A DNA stretch of 64,000 nucleotides from Planctomycetota bacterium (GTDB lineage Bacteria > Planctomycetota > MHYJ01 > JACPTZ01). Shown here piece after piece: positions 28,901 through 37,376 of this stretch. The position numbers and the translations under genes are program-made. Position 1 is the first letter of the stretch; each line of letters starts with the position of its first letter. The notes beneath the pieces were generated by a model. It searched no databases, was not told the DNA's origin, and worked only from the letters and a program-made list of their open reading frames with translations. The stretch spans positions 9,490-73,489 of the forward strand of contig JACPTZ010000218.1 in assembly GCA_016192525.1 (NCBI GenBank). The letters run 5' to 3'.

Positions 28901-30655
28901 AAGCCAGCGATCGGTCAGCCCCACCAGATAGCGGGCGTTCGCCGTTCCCGGCAGAAGCTGGAGTTCGCCGGAGTCCACGTTGGCCGCATAGACCCCGAGC
29001 CCGTCCGTCGGGAGCACATAGCAGATCCGTCCCGTCAGGAGCGGGAAGTTTGGTGAGGGTGGGAGGAGGGTCGGCCGCACGGAACCCGTGGAGGGGGGGA
29101 TCGCGGACGGGTCGGCGTCGGGTTCCAGGTACGAAGTGATCCAGAGAATCGCCCCGGTCCGGGCCTCGAGCGCGGCCACCGTGCCGACATTGGTGCAGCA
29201 GTAGAGGCGGCCGTTCGATTCCGAGAGGGTGGGGGTGCAGGCGAAAAGCCCGCCGGTGCGGCGGGTTCCCGCACAGAGAAAGGAGGACCAGCGCGGCGCG
29301 CCGGTGGCCGGATCGAGGGCGATCACATGCACCTCGGGCTCCGCGTGGATCACGAGAGCCGCGAGGAAGAGCCCGACCGGCGTGACGAGCGGAGGGGAGA
29401 ACACGCCCGGCTCGTGGAAAAGTGCCTCCGGACGGTTTTGGGTGTCCCACCGGACGGCGCCGGTGGCGACATCGAGCGCCACGGCGCGGCCGCCCATCGC
29501 ATATCCGGCGACCTCCTCTCCGACGGGGGCGAGGAGATTGAGAAAGACCGTCCCGGTCTCATCCGCTGCTCCCCCGAAGAGAAAGGACCCGCGAGCCCCC
29601 GGACCCCTCCCCCAGAAGCCCGTCGGGTTGGTGTCGGGCATCTCCCAGACTTCTTCACCCCCTTTGAGGTCGAGGGCGATCGCGCTGCGCGATTCCGGCG
29701 GCACAAGCCGCTCCGGCATGGGGATCGGCAGTATCACCCGGCCCCGGGTCACGACCGGAAGGACCTCCATGGCGATCGACGGCACGGACGGCGGGGTCGG
29801 CGCGGGCTCCGCGGGCCGGGCCGGGCCCGGGGGCCATCCCCACGCCTTCATCTGGGCGACAGGATGCTCCTGGGCGCGGCCGGAGCGGGACGGATTCCCC
29901 CCCGCCGTCGGCCACTCGCCGCAGGAGGGACGGTCCGGTCGACGCTCCCGCGCCGAGACGAGGCACCGGGCCGTGAATTCGGAGAGCGGCCGCGCTCCGG
30001 CCGAGGGCTCACGCTCGGCGAGGGCGTGGGCGGCGGCGCAACGGTCCGGCTCGCCGGCGGCGGCGCTCCAGAGGGCGAGGTGAGAGATGAGGAAGGGTCC
30101 GGCGACGTCCGAGGCCGGGGCGTCCCTCAGGATCCGCGAGGCCCAACCCGCCGCTGTCGCGAAGTCGCCGGCGGCCGCCGCGGCGCGGGCGGTGATCCAC
30201 GCGGCGTCCGGCCCGACCGAGGTGCGGAAATCGTCCTCCGCGACCCGGGCAAAGGCGTCGAGATCGCGGCGGTCCCGGGCCTGGGCGAATCGCGTCGTCG
30301 CGACCGGCTCGCAGGCGGAACGGAAGGCTTCCACCCCCTCCGGGGGAAGAGCGGCCAGGCGTCGATCCACATATTCCCGAACACCGATGTACGTGAAACC
30401 CTGGCCCGCCCGCCAGACCGACTGGGGGAATTTCTCCCGCGCGGCCAGCCAGTGGCCGATGGCGCTGGACCAGAGCCCCGCCTTCGCAGCCGCCTCCGCG
30501 GCCTCCAGTTCTGTCCGCGGCTTGTCGTCCGGGACGTAGACGGGCGGGGCGTCGTCGCGGGCGGGTTCGTCCTCCTGGGCCAGGGCCGGGGAAGAGAGGA
30601 GAACCGTCAGGACGACGAGGAGGGGGGGGAGGGAGTGGATGCGGGAGAGGCTCAT
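25991..30655 (-). CDS. giant secreted protein with PQQ-like beta-propeller repeats, TPR-like helical region and a PDZ domain
   Basis: 1554 aa; signal peptide MSLSRIHSLPPLLVVLTVLLSSPALA/QE; repeated G..RW pattern; PDZ-like GVLIEKVYAGQPADAAGVKVKDVLVAANDTSVDSL. Confidence 0.7.
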   Translation of the reverse strand: MSLSRIHSLPPLLVVLTVLLSSPALAQEDEPARDDAPPVYVPDDKPRTELEAAEAAAKAGLWSSAIGHWLAAREKFPQSVWRAGQGFTYIGVREYVDRRLAALPPEGVEAFRSACEPVATTRFAQARDRRDLDAFARVAEDDFRTSVGPDAAWITARAAAAAGDFATAAGWASRILRDAPASDVAGPFLISHLALWSAAAGEPDRCAAAHALAEREPSAGARPLSEFTARCLVSARERRPDRPSCGEWPTAGGNPSRSGRAQEHPVAQMKAWGWPPGPARPAEPAPTPPSVPSIAMEVLPVVTRGRVILPIPMPERLVPPESRSAIALDLKGGEEVWEMPDTNPTGFWGRGPGARGSFLFGGAADETGTVFLNLLAPVGEEVAGYAMGGRAVALDVATGAVRWDTQNRPEALFHEPGVFSPPLVTPVGLFLAALVIHAEPEVHVIALDPATGAPRWSSFLCAGTRRTGGLFACTPTLSESNGRLYCCTNVGTVAALEARTGAILWITSYLEPDADPSAIPPSTGSVRPTLLPPSPNFPLLTGRICYVLPTDGLGVYAANVDSGELQLLPGTANARYLVGLTDRWLVATSRDHPGSGDRGEHLCLVDRKTRTLAIDPPPRLGTSLPGESRLGRPILTEEVWYFPTTQALERQEKYADDSPEGRPRGGRLCDLNPGPCGDPGDPPSNCTVVDRWILVTSGQRIVALFEQSTFDEMFARDRGLGFYLDHARVMEQNGRTSDALADYRKILDLIAAMPSPSDEDKETGARARSALSHLHRSLGDEAVKTGRWEDAMIQYRSGLRVCASVEDAAPLRFALAVACERATPPQDTAAANEYTQLLLDGARGPVEAGGGLRTSVTALALARLSALRDKDPAAFDEARAGAATSAFKFKNPGQGQGLDTAWCDEFLARYPFSREASEALTLLSVGRGWDFLRTRSLLLRTPESLGHACGLQVSLHRLGEGPAPAWSWIGEAEARVMASRDGSEESRQTALCKIDLLRALPEFETIRESIREMSGVACHPFCETAVIAPLPEDVALATGEDELKNAAAPWICTPETPSVIAPEGFGVCRGGEFQWRAGADAAVKWTLPDARPWIGIRQSHSFAPPGVLIEKVYAGQPADAAGVKVKDVLVAANDTSVDSLPGLISFLSTCKSDGPTPVRLIVARAGKRIRCPATLVPRPALFGTPVADLFVLDDGGLLAARPFQLTALAPDGEVRWRFPPTLTSLPEMKCVGTAAGRIFVLIRPGSDGADFVEAGRPVTEELLVALNSSTGAVEWQRAVSRGAPRTFTPVPGLGGILVGTPRRLEWLEGTSGLTLWKTDTMVGTQDGRPFPILLDGTLCVHAEASGVWHGYDLALRRDRWHLPVESPAYAPVHLRSDGEMVVWVGHEGTLTAVHPVSGQVFASGASFLSSPCLPDPGAFRMVGPGLVAGVCAPKAEKEGETACRIELHEIGRKEGLRQIWEKIMPPQRRIQICGGYGGGVLVADIAETEGVAAPARGATPAPANIFLLEPLKGGEIWRVSLPMSADGVWPPVAAHPGRLLVAAADGVHVYEPEP

Positions 30656-30748
30656 GACCGTCGCCTTCGTCCTCCGAAAAAAACGCCGCGATCGGCCGTC
30701 GATCGCGGCGATGTCGTCGGCCGACTTGTACCCGCCCGAGGCCCCCGA

Positions 30749-31462
30749 CTACCGGTTTGAGCGCAGCATGCTCAGGAGTTTCAGGATCTCCTTGTGGATT
30801 TCCGGCGACTGGCAGACGACGAGGAGACCGTTGTTGAGCGTGGCCGTGCACTTCGGGTTCTTTTCCCAGGAGTCGCCCCCGGTGTTCTTCTGGATCATCT
30901 CGACGATGAAATCCGGTTCCATCGGCGGCGTGGGAGGAGGTTCGGAGAGTCCGGTGGTGCCGGTGTTCCCGCTGTCGTCCGGCGGTTTCAGCTCGATGTC
31001 GGGCCCCGGAAAGTCGGGGAGGCTCATGAGCAGATCGCGAACGTCGTAGAGACGGGTGACCAGGTCCTCATCGCTGGCGTCGTCCTTCGGCACGACGAGG
31101 AGGACCCCCTCCTTGTACTTCGCGGTAAGGTCGTGCATCGAGAGAACCAGCTTCAGGGCCGAGCGCAGGGAGAGATTGTCGACCTTGAGGGTGATCTCAA
31201 GAGGGTCGTCCGGGTGCGCGTCGCGGACCCGCTTGTCGATCACGAAGTTGATGTCGGAGAGGGAGCGGACGAAATCGATCACCTCGACGAGCGGCGTCTT
31301 CTCGAAGTCGAGGGAGACCTTCATGGAGTCGAGCTTGGCGACGATTTCCTGCCGGCGGGTGTCGCGCGCCGCGTCTTCTCTCCCCTGGGCCCGGGCGACG
31401 GCGGGACCCGAGAGGGCGAACGCCGCCAGCAGCGCGGTTCCAACTCGGACGGTGTGATGCAT
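30749..31462 (-). CDS. secreted hypothetical protein with an STN/secretin-N-like alpha-beta domain
   Basis: Signal peptide MHHTVRVGTALLAAFALSGPAVARA/QG from ATG 31462; VSLDFEKTPLVEVIDFVRSLSDINFVIDKRV..ITLKVDNLSLRSALKLVL. Confidence 0.55.
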   Translation of the reverse strand: MHHTVRVGTALLAAFALSGPAVARAQGREDAARDTRRQEIVAKLDSMKVSLDFEKTPLVEVIDFVRSLSDINFVIDKRVRDAHPDDPLEITLKVDNLSLRSALKLVLSMHDLTAKYKEGVLLVVPKDDASDEDLVTRLYDVRDLLMSLPDFPGPDIELKPPDDSGNTGTTGLSEPPPTPPMEPDFIVEMIQKNTGGDSWEKNPKCTATLNNGLLVVCQSPEIHKEILKLLSMLRSNR

Positions 31463-31589
31463 GATCGTGCTCCCGAAAGCACCGTGACGCGAAGAAGCGC
31501 GTCCTTCCCCCCTTGGAAGCGGCCGTCCGACGGCCGACGATGAACAAAGTCTATCACCCCGCGCCTGGCGGCGCAAGGGCCACGCGTCG

Positions 31590-32219
31590 CTATCCCCTCG
31601 TCCGCATCACCCGGAGCACCCCGCCCCGGAGGCCGTTTTCTCCGAGCAGCGGGAATACCAGGGCATGAAACTCCCCGTTCCCGCTTCGAATCACCCGTTC
31701 GCGGGGGGCCTGGGCTTCCATCGCCTCCTGCACCAGGGCGGGCAGATCGGACCCCACGCGATCGGCGAGGGGGAGGCTGAGAACGTCGTTCAGGATGGAG
31801 GAGTGAATGCTCTCGCCGAGACACTCCACCGCCGCGCGGTTGTAGTGCATCACATTTCGGTCCGGATCGAAGCCGACGATCGCCGCCGGCTCGTTTTCAA
31901 AAATCTCCTGGTACAGCTTCAGGGCGGCCAGCCAGTGATTGAGCTCGAGGTTCTTCTTCCGCATCTCCTCGAGCGACTCTTCCAGCCGCTCCGCCTTTTC
32001 CTCGAGTTCCCGGGCATACACGCCGAGCGTCTGGTCCTTCTGTCGCACGAGCTGGAGGACTCGGCTCCCGGGCCCGTCGGGCGGCCGGGCAGGTAGCTGG
32101 ACGGCGGGAAGCGACGGCGACGACGGCTTCCGCGCCAGCTGCTCCTCCAGCTCGAACACCTTCTGGCGCAGGCGCCGGTTCTCCTGGATGATGTCGCTCA
32201 GGGCCCGGGTTTCAGACAT
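31590..32219 (-). CDS. coiled-coil plus PAS-like domain protein
   Basis: Start MSETRALSDIIQENRRLRQKVFELEEQL at 32219 (8-nt overlap with rsmD end); C-terminal PAS-like FENEPAAIVGFDPDRNVMHYNRAAVECLG. Confidence 0.6.
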   Translation of the reverse strand: MSETRALSDIIQENRRLRQKVFELEEQLARKPSSPSLPAVQLPARPPDGPGSRVLQLVRQKDQTLGVYARELEEKAERLEESLEEMRKKNLELNHWLAALKLYQEIFENEPAAIVGFDPDRNVMHYNRAAVECLGESIHSSILNDVLSLPLADRVGSDLPALVQEAMEAQAPRERVIRSGNGEFHALVFPLLGENGLRGGVLRVMRTRG

Positions 32220-32949
32220 GATCCTCTCCGATGGAGCGCGCCGCGGGGGCGGCGCGCGTGGGGCGGGCGTCCTCGCCTGCCTCGCGCGGCGCGGGCGGGG
32301 AGGCCTCACCCGCCGCACGGGACGGGGCCGTCTCCGCCAGCACCGCCGCCGGAGCGGGTACGGCAATCGTCAGCCGCGTCTGGCCGTGGACGCGGACATC
32401 GATCGGGACGACCCACCCGAGCGACAGTCCCAGCAGCGATTGCTTCTTGTGATGCTCCGCAAAGAACCGGACGTGCGGCGCCAGTCGACCGTGCTCCTTC
32501 CACGACGCGATCATCTTCCAGAGCGCCGTCGCTTTCACCCCGTCGTCCCAGAACGCGTACGGGGGATTGATGAAGACCAGATCGGGACGGCCGGCACCGG
32601 GATCGACTGAAGCCGTCCCCCGGATCGCCGTTTCCTCCAGCTCCAGCACATCGGAGACCAGCACGCGCGCCCGATCCGCCAGCCGCGTCTTCTCAAGGTT
32701 CCGCCGCAGGAGCGCGGCCACCTTCGCGTCGCGTTCCACGAAGACGCAGGCGGTGGCCCCGCGGCTCAGCGCCTCGATCCCCACACTCCCGGTTCCGGCG
32801 AAGAGGTCAAGCACGTGGGAGTCTGAAATGTCCGGAGCGAGGATGTCGAAGAGGGAGGTGCGGACCCGGGCGAGGGCGGGTCGGACGGCAAAGCCGGACA
32901 GCGTTTCGAGACGCATCCCTTTCGCGCGGCCGGCCAGTACCCGCTGCAT
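32212..32949 (-). CDS. rsmD: 16S rRNA (guanine966-N2)-methyltransferase RsmD family, with C-terminal extension
   Basis: LDLFAGTGSVGIEALSRGA (SAM motif I) and VFINPPY (N-methyltransferase motif IV). Confidence 0.8.
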   Translation of the reverse strand: MQRVLAGRAKGMRLETLSGFAVRPALARVRTSLFDILAPDISDSHVLDLFAGTGSVGIEALSRGATACVFVERDAKVAALLRRNLEKTRLADRARVLVSDVLELEETAIRGTASVDPGAGRPDLVFINPPYAFWDDGVKATALWKMIASWKEHGRLAPHVRFFAEHHKKQSLLGLSLGWVVPIDVRVHGQTRLTIAVPAPAAVLAETAPSRAAGEASPPAPREAGEDARPTRAAPAARSIGEDHV

Positions 32950-33034
32950 GACGGATCCTCGATGGCGGAAACGACGCGCCCGTCGATTCTAGACCTCCGC
33001 CGGGGGGGGGGTCAAGGGGATTGAGGGCGTTCGC

Positions 33035-33715
33035 CTATTTCGGCTGCTCCTGCCTCTGGCTCTCCACCATGCGGTCGATGGCCAGCCCCGCGATCCACCG
33101 GGAGAGGAAGACGAAGCCGACGAACAGCAACGCCAGAAGGGCGTAAACAGCCGCCTGCGTGGCCCCCGAAGGGCCGGGGGGGGCGTGCGGTCGGGGAGGG
33201 CCCTGGGGTGCGACCGGCGGGGCATGTCCGCCGGAGGGGCGGGCGGATGGGGGAGCGGGCGGCCCGAGACGCCCGCTCGGGCGCCTCTCGGCAACCGGGA
33301 CCGGGGGTGGAGCGCAGGGAGCGGGATCGACCGGTGTCTTCGCCCCCGGCGACGCGGGCCGGTCCGGAATCCCCTGGCGGGCCTCGGGCGCGGAGTCGGC
33401 TCCGGAGGCCGATCCCGGTCCGCCGCCGGTCGCCGGATCCTCGAACCGCAGCACCGTTTTGGCGATCCGGATGCGGTCTCCGTTCCTGAGGGCGTGCCGG
33501 GTCACTTTCGACCCGTTCACCTCGGTCCCGTTCCGGCTGCCGCAATCCACGGCAAACCAGCCGCCCGCCTCCCGGACAACCCGGGTGTGTTCCCGCGAAG
33601 CCTCCGGATCCGGAATCGGGACCGCCGCCGTCTTGAGACGCCCAAGGACCACGGTGTCGCTGAATTCCACCTTTCGCCCCGCCCCGTCGCCCGCCTCGTA
33701 GTAGAGCACTGGCAT
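33035..33715 (-). CDS. FHA-domain protein with Pro-rich linker and C-terminal TM anchor
   Basis: FHA core VVLGR...IPDPEASREHTRVVREAGGWFAVDCGSRNGTEVNGSKV; C-terminal TM AAVYALLALLFVGFVFL; start MPVLYYEAG at 33715. Confidence 0.8.
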   Translation of the reverse strand: MPVLYYEAGDGAGRKVEFSDTVVLGRLKTAAVPIPDPEASREHTRVVREAGGWFAVDCGSRNGTEVNGSKVTRHALRNGDRIRIAKTVLRFEDPATGGGPGSASGADSAPEARQGIPDRPASPGAKTPVDPAPCAPPPVPVAERRPSGRLGPPAPPSARPSGGHAPPVAPQGPPRPHAPPGPSGATQAAVYALLALLFVGFVFLSRWIAGLAIDRMVESQRQEQPK

Positions 33716-33846
33716 GCCGGCGATGATAGCGGCGGCTTCCGGCGGGCCGCAAGCAAATCCGGTGATGGAAACGCGTTGACACGCTCCCCGGGCCGGTGCT
33801 ACGCTCAATCCCTGGAGTCGGCAGGATTCTTGCCAGGAGGCCGAAC

Positions 33847-34740
33847 ATGCGGCAACTTAAGTTCGTTCTGATGGTCCTTGCGCTCGGCCTGCCTGTGGCC
33901 GGTCCGGTCCACAGCCAGGGTTCCCCCCCGCCCGAGGAAGACGTGTTTGCCGAGAAGGATCCGCTCGAGGGTCGGGTTCTGGGCGAGCGGGTCGAAATCA
34001 CCCTGACCAATGGAAGTCTGTTCCGGGGCGAGCTCCGGGCGATATTCAAGGACCGCATCAAGGTCGACCTGTCGTATGAGGGAACGAACGTCGATGGAAT
34101 GATGTCGTTCGAGCGCAAGAAGATCCGTCAATGTCAGGTCCTGCCGGCTCTCACCGCCGATGAACGCGGCCGGATCGCCGCCGCCCGGGAGGCGGCGAAG
34201 GGGACCGCCGCCGCCGCCGCCGCCGCGACCGAAGAACCGGCGGAGCCCAAGGAGGGGGACGAGAAGAAGGAGGAGTCGGCGGAAGAGAAGCGCAAGGCCG
34301 AACTCGAGGCCCTGCTGGCCGCCTATCCGCCGGAGGTGTGGACCGAGAGGCGCTATGCCGAGATTCTCTCCACCGATCCCGCCCGGCGCACCCCCGAGGA
34401 GCAGGGGCTCGTCGACAAGTACACCGACTGGCTCGAAGCGAAGAAGATGAAGGCGGCCGCGGAGCGGGCCAAGATCCTCGAGACATACCCGCCCGGCGAC
34501 GAGTGGAACGAGCAGAAGTACGAGTCGCTCCAGAGCAAGCTCGCCGTCTTCGGCATCCCCTGTTCCGCCGAGGAGCAGTTCTTCGTCGAGAACTTCGCCG
34601 ACTGGAAGACGGCCAAGGCCGAGAAGGAAGCGGCGGACAAGAAGGCCGCCGAGAAGAAGGCCGAGGAGGAGAAGAAGAAGGCGGAGGAGGCGAAGAAGGC
34701 CGAAGAAGAGGCGGCGAAGGCGGCGGAAGAGGGGAAATAG
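33847..34740 (+). CDS. secreted protein with internal duplicated module and Lys/Glu-rich tail (hypothetical)
   Basis: Signal peptide MRQLKFVLMVLALGLPVAGPVHS/QG; two YPP..W.E..Y...EEQ..V..DW..AK modules; 9 nt upstream of the helicase gene. Confidence 0.55.
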   Translation: MRQLKFVLMVLALGLPVAGPVHSQGSPPPEEDVFAEKDPLEGRVLGERVEITLTNGSLFRGELRAIFKDRIKVDLSYEGTNVDGMMSFERKKIRQCQVLPALTADERGRIAAAREAAKGTAAAAAAATEEPAEPKEGDEKKEESAEEKRKAELEALLAAYPPEVWTERRYAEILSTDPARRTPEEQGLVDKYTDWLEAKKMKAAAERAKILETYPPGDEWNEQKYESLQSKLAVFGIPCSAEEQFFVENFADWKTAKAEKEAADKKAAEKKAEEEKKKAEEAKKAEEEAAKAAEEGK

Positions 34741-34748
34741 CGCGGGAG

Positions 34749-37376
34749 ATGGAATATCACGGTCTCACCCTCGACCCGTTTCAGGTCGAGGCCCTCCATC
34801 ACCTCGAGGCCCGCGCCTCGATCATCGTCTCCGCCCCCACCGGGTCCGGCAAGACGCTCATCGCCGAGTACGCCATCGAGCAGGCCCTCCAGGGCACCCG
34901 CCGCCTCATCTACACCGCCCCCATCAAAGCCCTTTCCAACCAGAAATTCCGTGACTTCTCCGCCCGCTACGGGGACCGCGTCGGCGTCGTCACCGGCGAC
35001 GTGGCCATCAACCCGTACGCGCAGGTCCTCATCATGACCACGGAGATCTTTCGCAACACCGTGTTCGACGATGCCGCCCGCCTCCACGACGTCGAGTACG
35101 TCATCTTCGACGAAGTCCACTTCATCGACGACAACGAACGCGGCACCGTCTGGGAGGAGTCGCTCATCTTCGCGCCGGAGCACATCCGGTTCGTCTGCCT
35201 CTCCGCGACGGTGCCGAACCTGCGCGAATTCGCCGCGTGGCTCACCTCGATCCGCAAGACCCCGTTCCACACGATCGTTTCGGACGAGCGGGTGGTCCCG
35301 CTCCGGCACTACCTCTTCATCCAGGGGCACGGGGTCGGCTCGCTGGAGGACCTGCGCCGTTACGACCAGATGATCGAGAGCGGACAACTGGCCCGCTGGG
35401 AGGACTGGCGCAAGATTGTCCCGCCGGAGCAGGCCGACCTTCTCTCGCCGAGGCATGCCGGCCGGTGGCGGCGCGACCTGATTGATCACCTCGTCGCGGA
35501 ACAGCGCCTCCCCGCGCTCTACTTCATCTTCAACCGGCGCGAGTGCAATGAACGCGCGATGGAGAACATCGGGCGCGAACTCCTCACGCCGCCGGAGCAG
35601 GAGCGGATCCGGGAGATGTGGAACGGGCTCGTCGATCGCTACTCGCCGCCCGACGACGAGACCACCCGGAACCTCGGCACGATGATCCGGCGCGGAATCG
35701 CCTATCACCACGCCGGAATGCTGCCGACGCTCAAGGAGATCGTCGAGCGCTCCTTCACCAGCGGACTCGTGAAACTCCTCTTTGCGACGGAGACCTTCGC
35801 CCTCGGGATCAACATGCCGGCCCGGACGGTGGTGCTGGACACGCTCCACAAATTCGACGGCATCCGTCGCTCGTTCCTCAAGTCGCGCGACTACATGCAG
35901 ATGGCGGGCCGCGCCGGCCGGCGCGGGATGGACGAGGAGGGATTCGTCTACGGGAACGTGGAGTGGCCCTTCGCCCGGCACGAGCAGGTGGAACGGATTG
36001 TGCTGGGGGCGCCGGAGCCGCTCCGAAGCCAGTTCAACCTCTCCTACGCCACGCTGCTCAACCTGTACCAGCAGCTCGGGGAGCGGATCTTCGAGGCGTG
36101 CGAGAAGTCGTTCGCGAACTTCACCGGCGAGGAGAAGCCGCCGCCCTCGGCGCGGGCGCCGAAGCCGGCAGATCGAGACGAGACGGGCCGGCGCCGAAGC
36201 CGGCGGAAGCGTCCGGGCGTGGAGCGGCCGGCGCCGCCGGGGCCGGAGGAGATGCAGTACTGGGGGATGGTGGACCAGGTGAAGCGGCGGCTGGCCGTTC
36301 TGCGCGATCTCGACTACATCCGCGACGGGAAACTGACGGCGCGCGGCAAGTTCGCGAGCCAGGTCTACGGCTACGAACTCCCGTTCACGGAGATGCTGTT
36401 CCGGGGCGTGTTCGACCATCTCTCGGAGGAGCAGATCTGCGTGACGGTCTGCGCGGTGCTCTTCGAATCGAAGCGGAGCGCCTACTACCGGATGCTGCCG
36501 AACTCGGTGCTGGGGAGATCGAAGCGGGCGGCCTGGAGCGCGCTGAATCCCATTCTCGCGCGGGAGGCGCAGCACCAGGTGCGGGAGCGGACGAAGGGGC
36601 TGGACTTCCGCCTCGGGGCGGCGATCCACTCGTGGGCGCGCGGGGCGAAGTTCGAGGCGCTCGAACGGGACACGAGCGCCACCGACGGCGACATCGTGCG
36701 GTCGGTGCGACAGACGGTGCAGTTTATGCGGCAGATCGAGCGCGCGATCGCTTGGAACGACGAGGAGGTGGGGTGGGTGGTGCCGGGGGCGCACGCGGTG
36801 CGGCAGCGGATCGACCGGGCGATCCGGCGGATCAAGCGGGACGTGATCGACGCCGAGAAGCAGCTGCGGATGAGCGAGGAAGCGGAGAGCGAGGGGACGG
36901 CCGCGGCGCTCGAGGGGGCGGGGACGGGGATCTCGGTCGGGCGTCTGCCAGGCGAGGCGGGGGCGGGAGGGACGACCGACGAGGGGCGACGGGCGAAGGA
37001 GGAAGGACAAGAAACAGAAACGGAAGCACCAGCGAATCGGCGTGCTCGAGATGGGGAGCCGGAGGACACTCCAGCCGGGGCGCGCCGCGCCAGCGGCGCA
37101 TCGGGGTTCACCCGCGTAGAAAACGATCGAGCCGTAGGGGCGGGGACCGGCCGGTCCCCCGAGTCCTCGGGCGCATCGGAAGGAACCGCCTTCAGACGCC
37201 GGTCGGGTCCCAGCGAGTCTCGCGAGGCCGGGACCCGCCCGGCCGCCTCTCCCAGGACCCGTCCGGACCCGCCCTCCCCGCCCCGACCCCGACCCCCGGA
37301 CCGGTCCAAGTCTCCCCCGCCGATCCGCTGGGAGGACGCCGTCCCGCCGAAGCGCGATTCGGGGAAGGAACCGTGA
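34749..37376 (+). CDS. Ski2-like (HelY/Mtr4-type) DEAD/DEAH-box helicase with about 200-aa low-complexity C-terminal tail
   Basis: Motif I SAPTGSGKT, II DEVH, III SAT, HHAGMLP, VI MAGRAGRRG; C-terminal DSHCT-like region (WARGAKFEALERDTSATDGDIVRSVRQ). Confidence 0.85.
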   Translation: MEYHGLTLDPFQVEALHHLEARASIIVSAPTGSGKTLIAEYAIEQALQGTRRLIYTAPIKALSNQKFRDFSARYGDRVGVVTGDVAINPYAQVLIMTTEIFRNTVFDDAARLHDVEYVIFDEVHFIDDNERGTVWEESLIFAPEHIRFVCLSATVPNLREFAAWLTSIRKTPFHTIVSDERVVPLRHYLFIQGHGVGSLEDLRRYDQMIESGQLARWEDWRKIVPPEQADLLSPRHAGRWRRDLIDHLVAEQRLPALYFIFNRRECNERAMENIGRELLTPPEQERIREMWNGLVDRYSPPDDETTRNLGTMIRRGIAYHHAGMLPTLKEIVERSFTSGLVKLLFATETFALGINMPARTVVLDTLHKFDGIRRSFLKSRDYMQMAGRAGRRGMDEEGFVYGNVEWPFARHEQVERIVLGAPEPLRSQFNLSYATLLNLYQQLGERIFEACEKSFANFTGEEKPPPSARAPKPADRDETGRRRSRRKRPGVERPAPPGPEEMQYWGMVDQVKRRLAVLRDLDYIRDGKLTARGKFASQVYGYELPFTEMLFRGVFDHLSEEQICVTVCAVLFESKRSAYYRMLPNSVLGRSKRAAWSALNPILAREAQHQVRERTKGLDFRLGAAIHSWARGAKFEALERDTSATDGDIVRSVRQTVQFMRQIERAIAWNDEEVGWVVPGAHAVRQRIDRAIRRIKRDVIDAEKQLRMSEEAESEGTAAALEGAGTGISVGRLPGEAGAGGTTDEGRRAKEEGQETETEAPANRRARDGEPEDTPAGARRASGASGFTRVENDRAVGAGTGRSPESSGASEGTAFRRRSGPSESREAGTRPAASPRTRPDPPSPPRPRPPDRSKSPPPIRWEDAVPPKRDSGKEP

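Noticed and set aside
30749-31462. Secretin or outer-membrane channel call for the STN-like protein
   Set aside because: Only a short secretin-N/STN-like alpha-beta module is visible. The protein is 238 aa and lacks any C-terminal secretin beta-barrel region.
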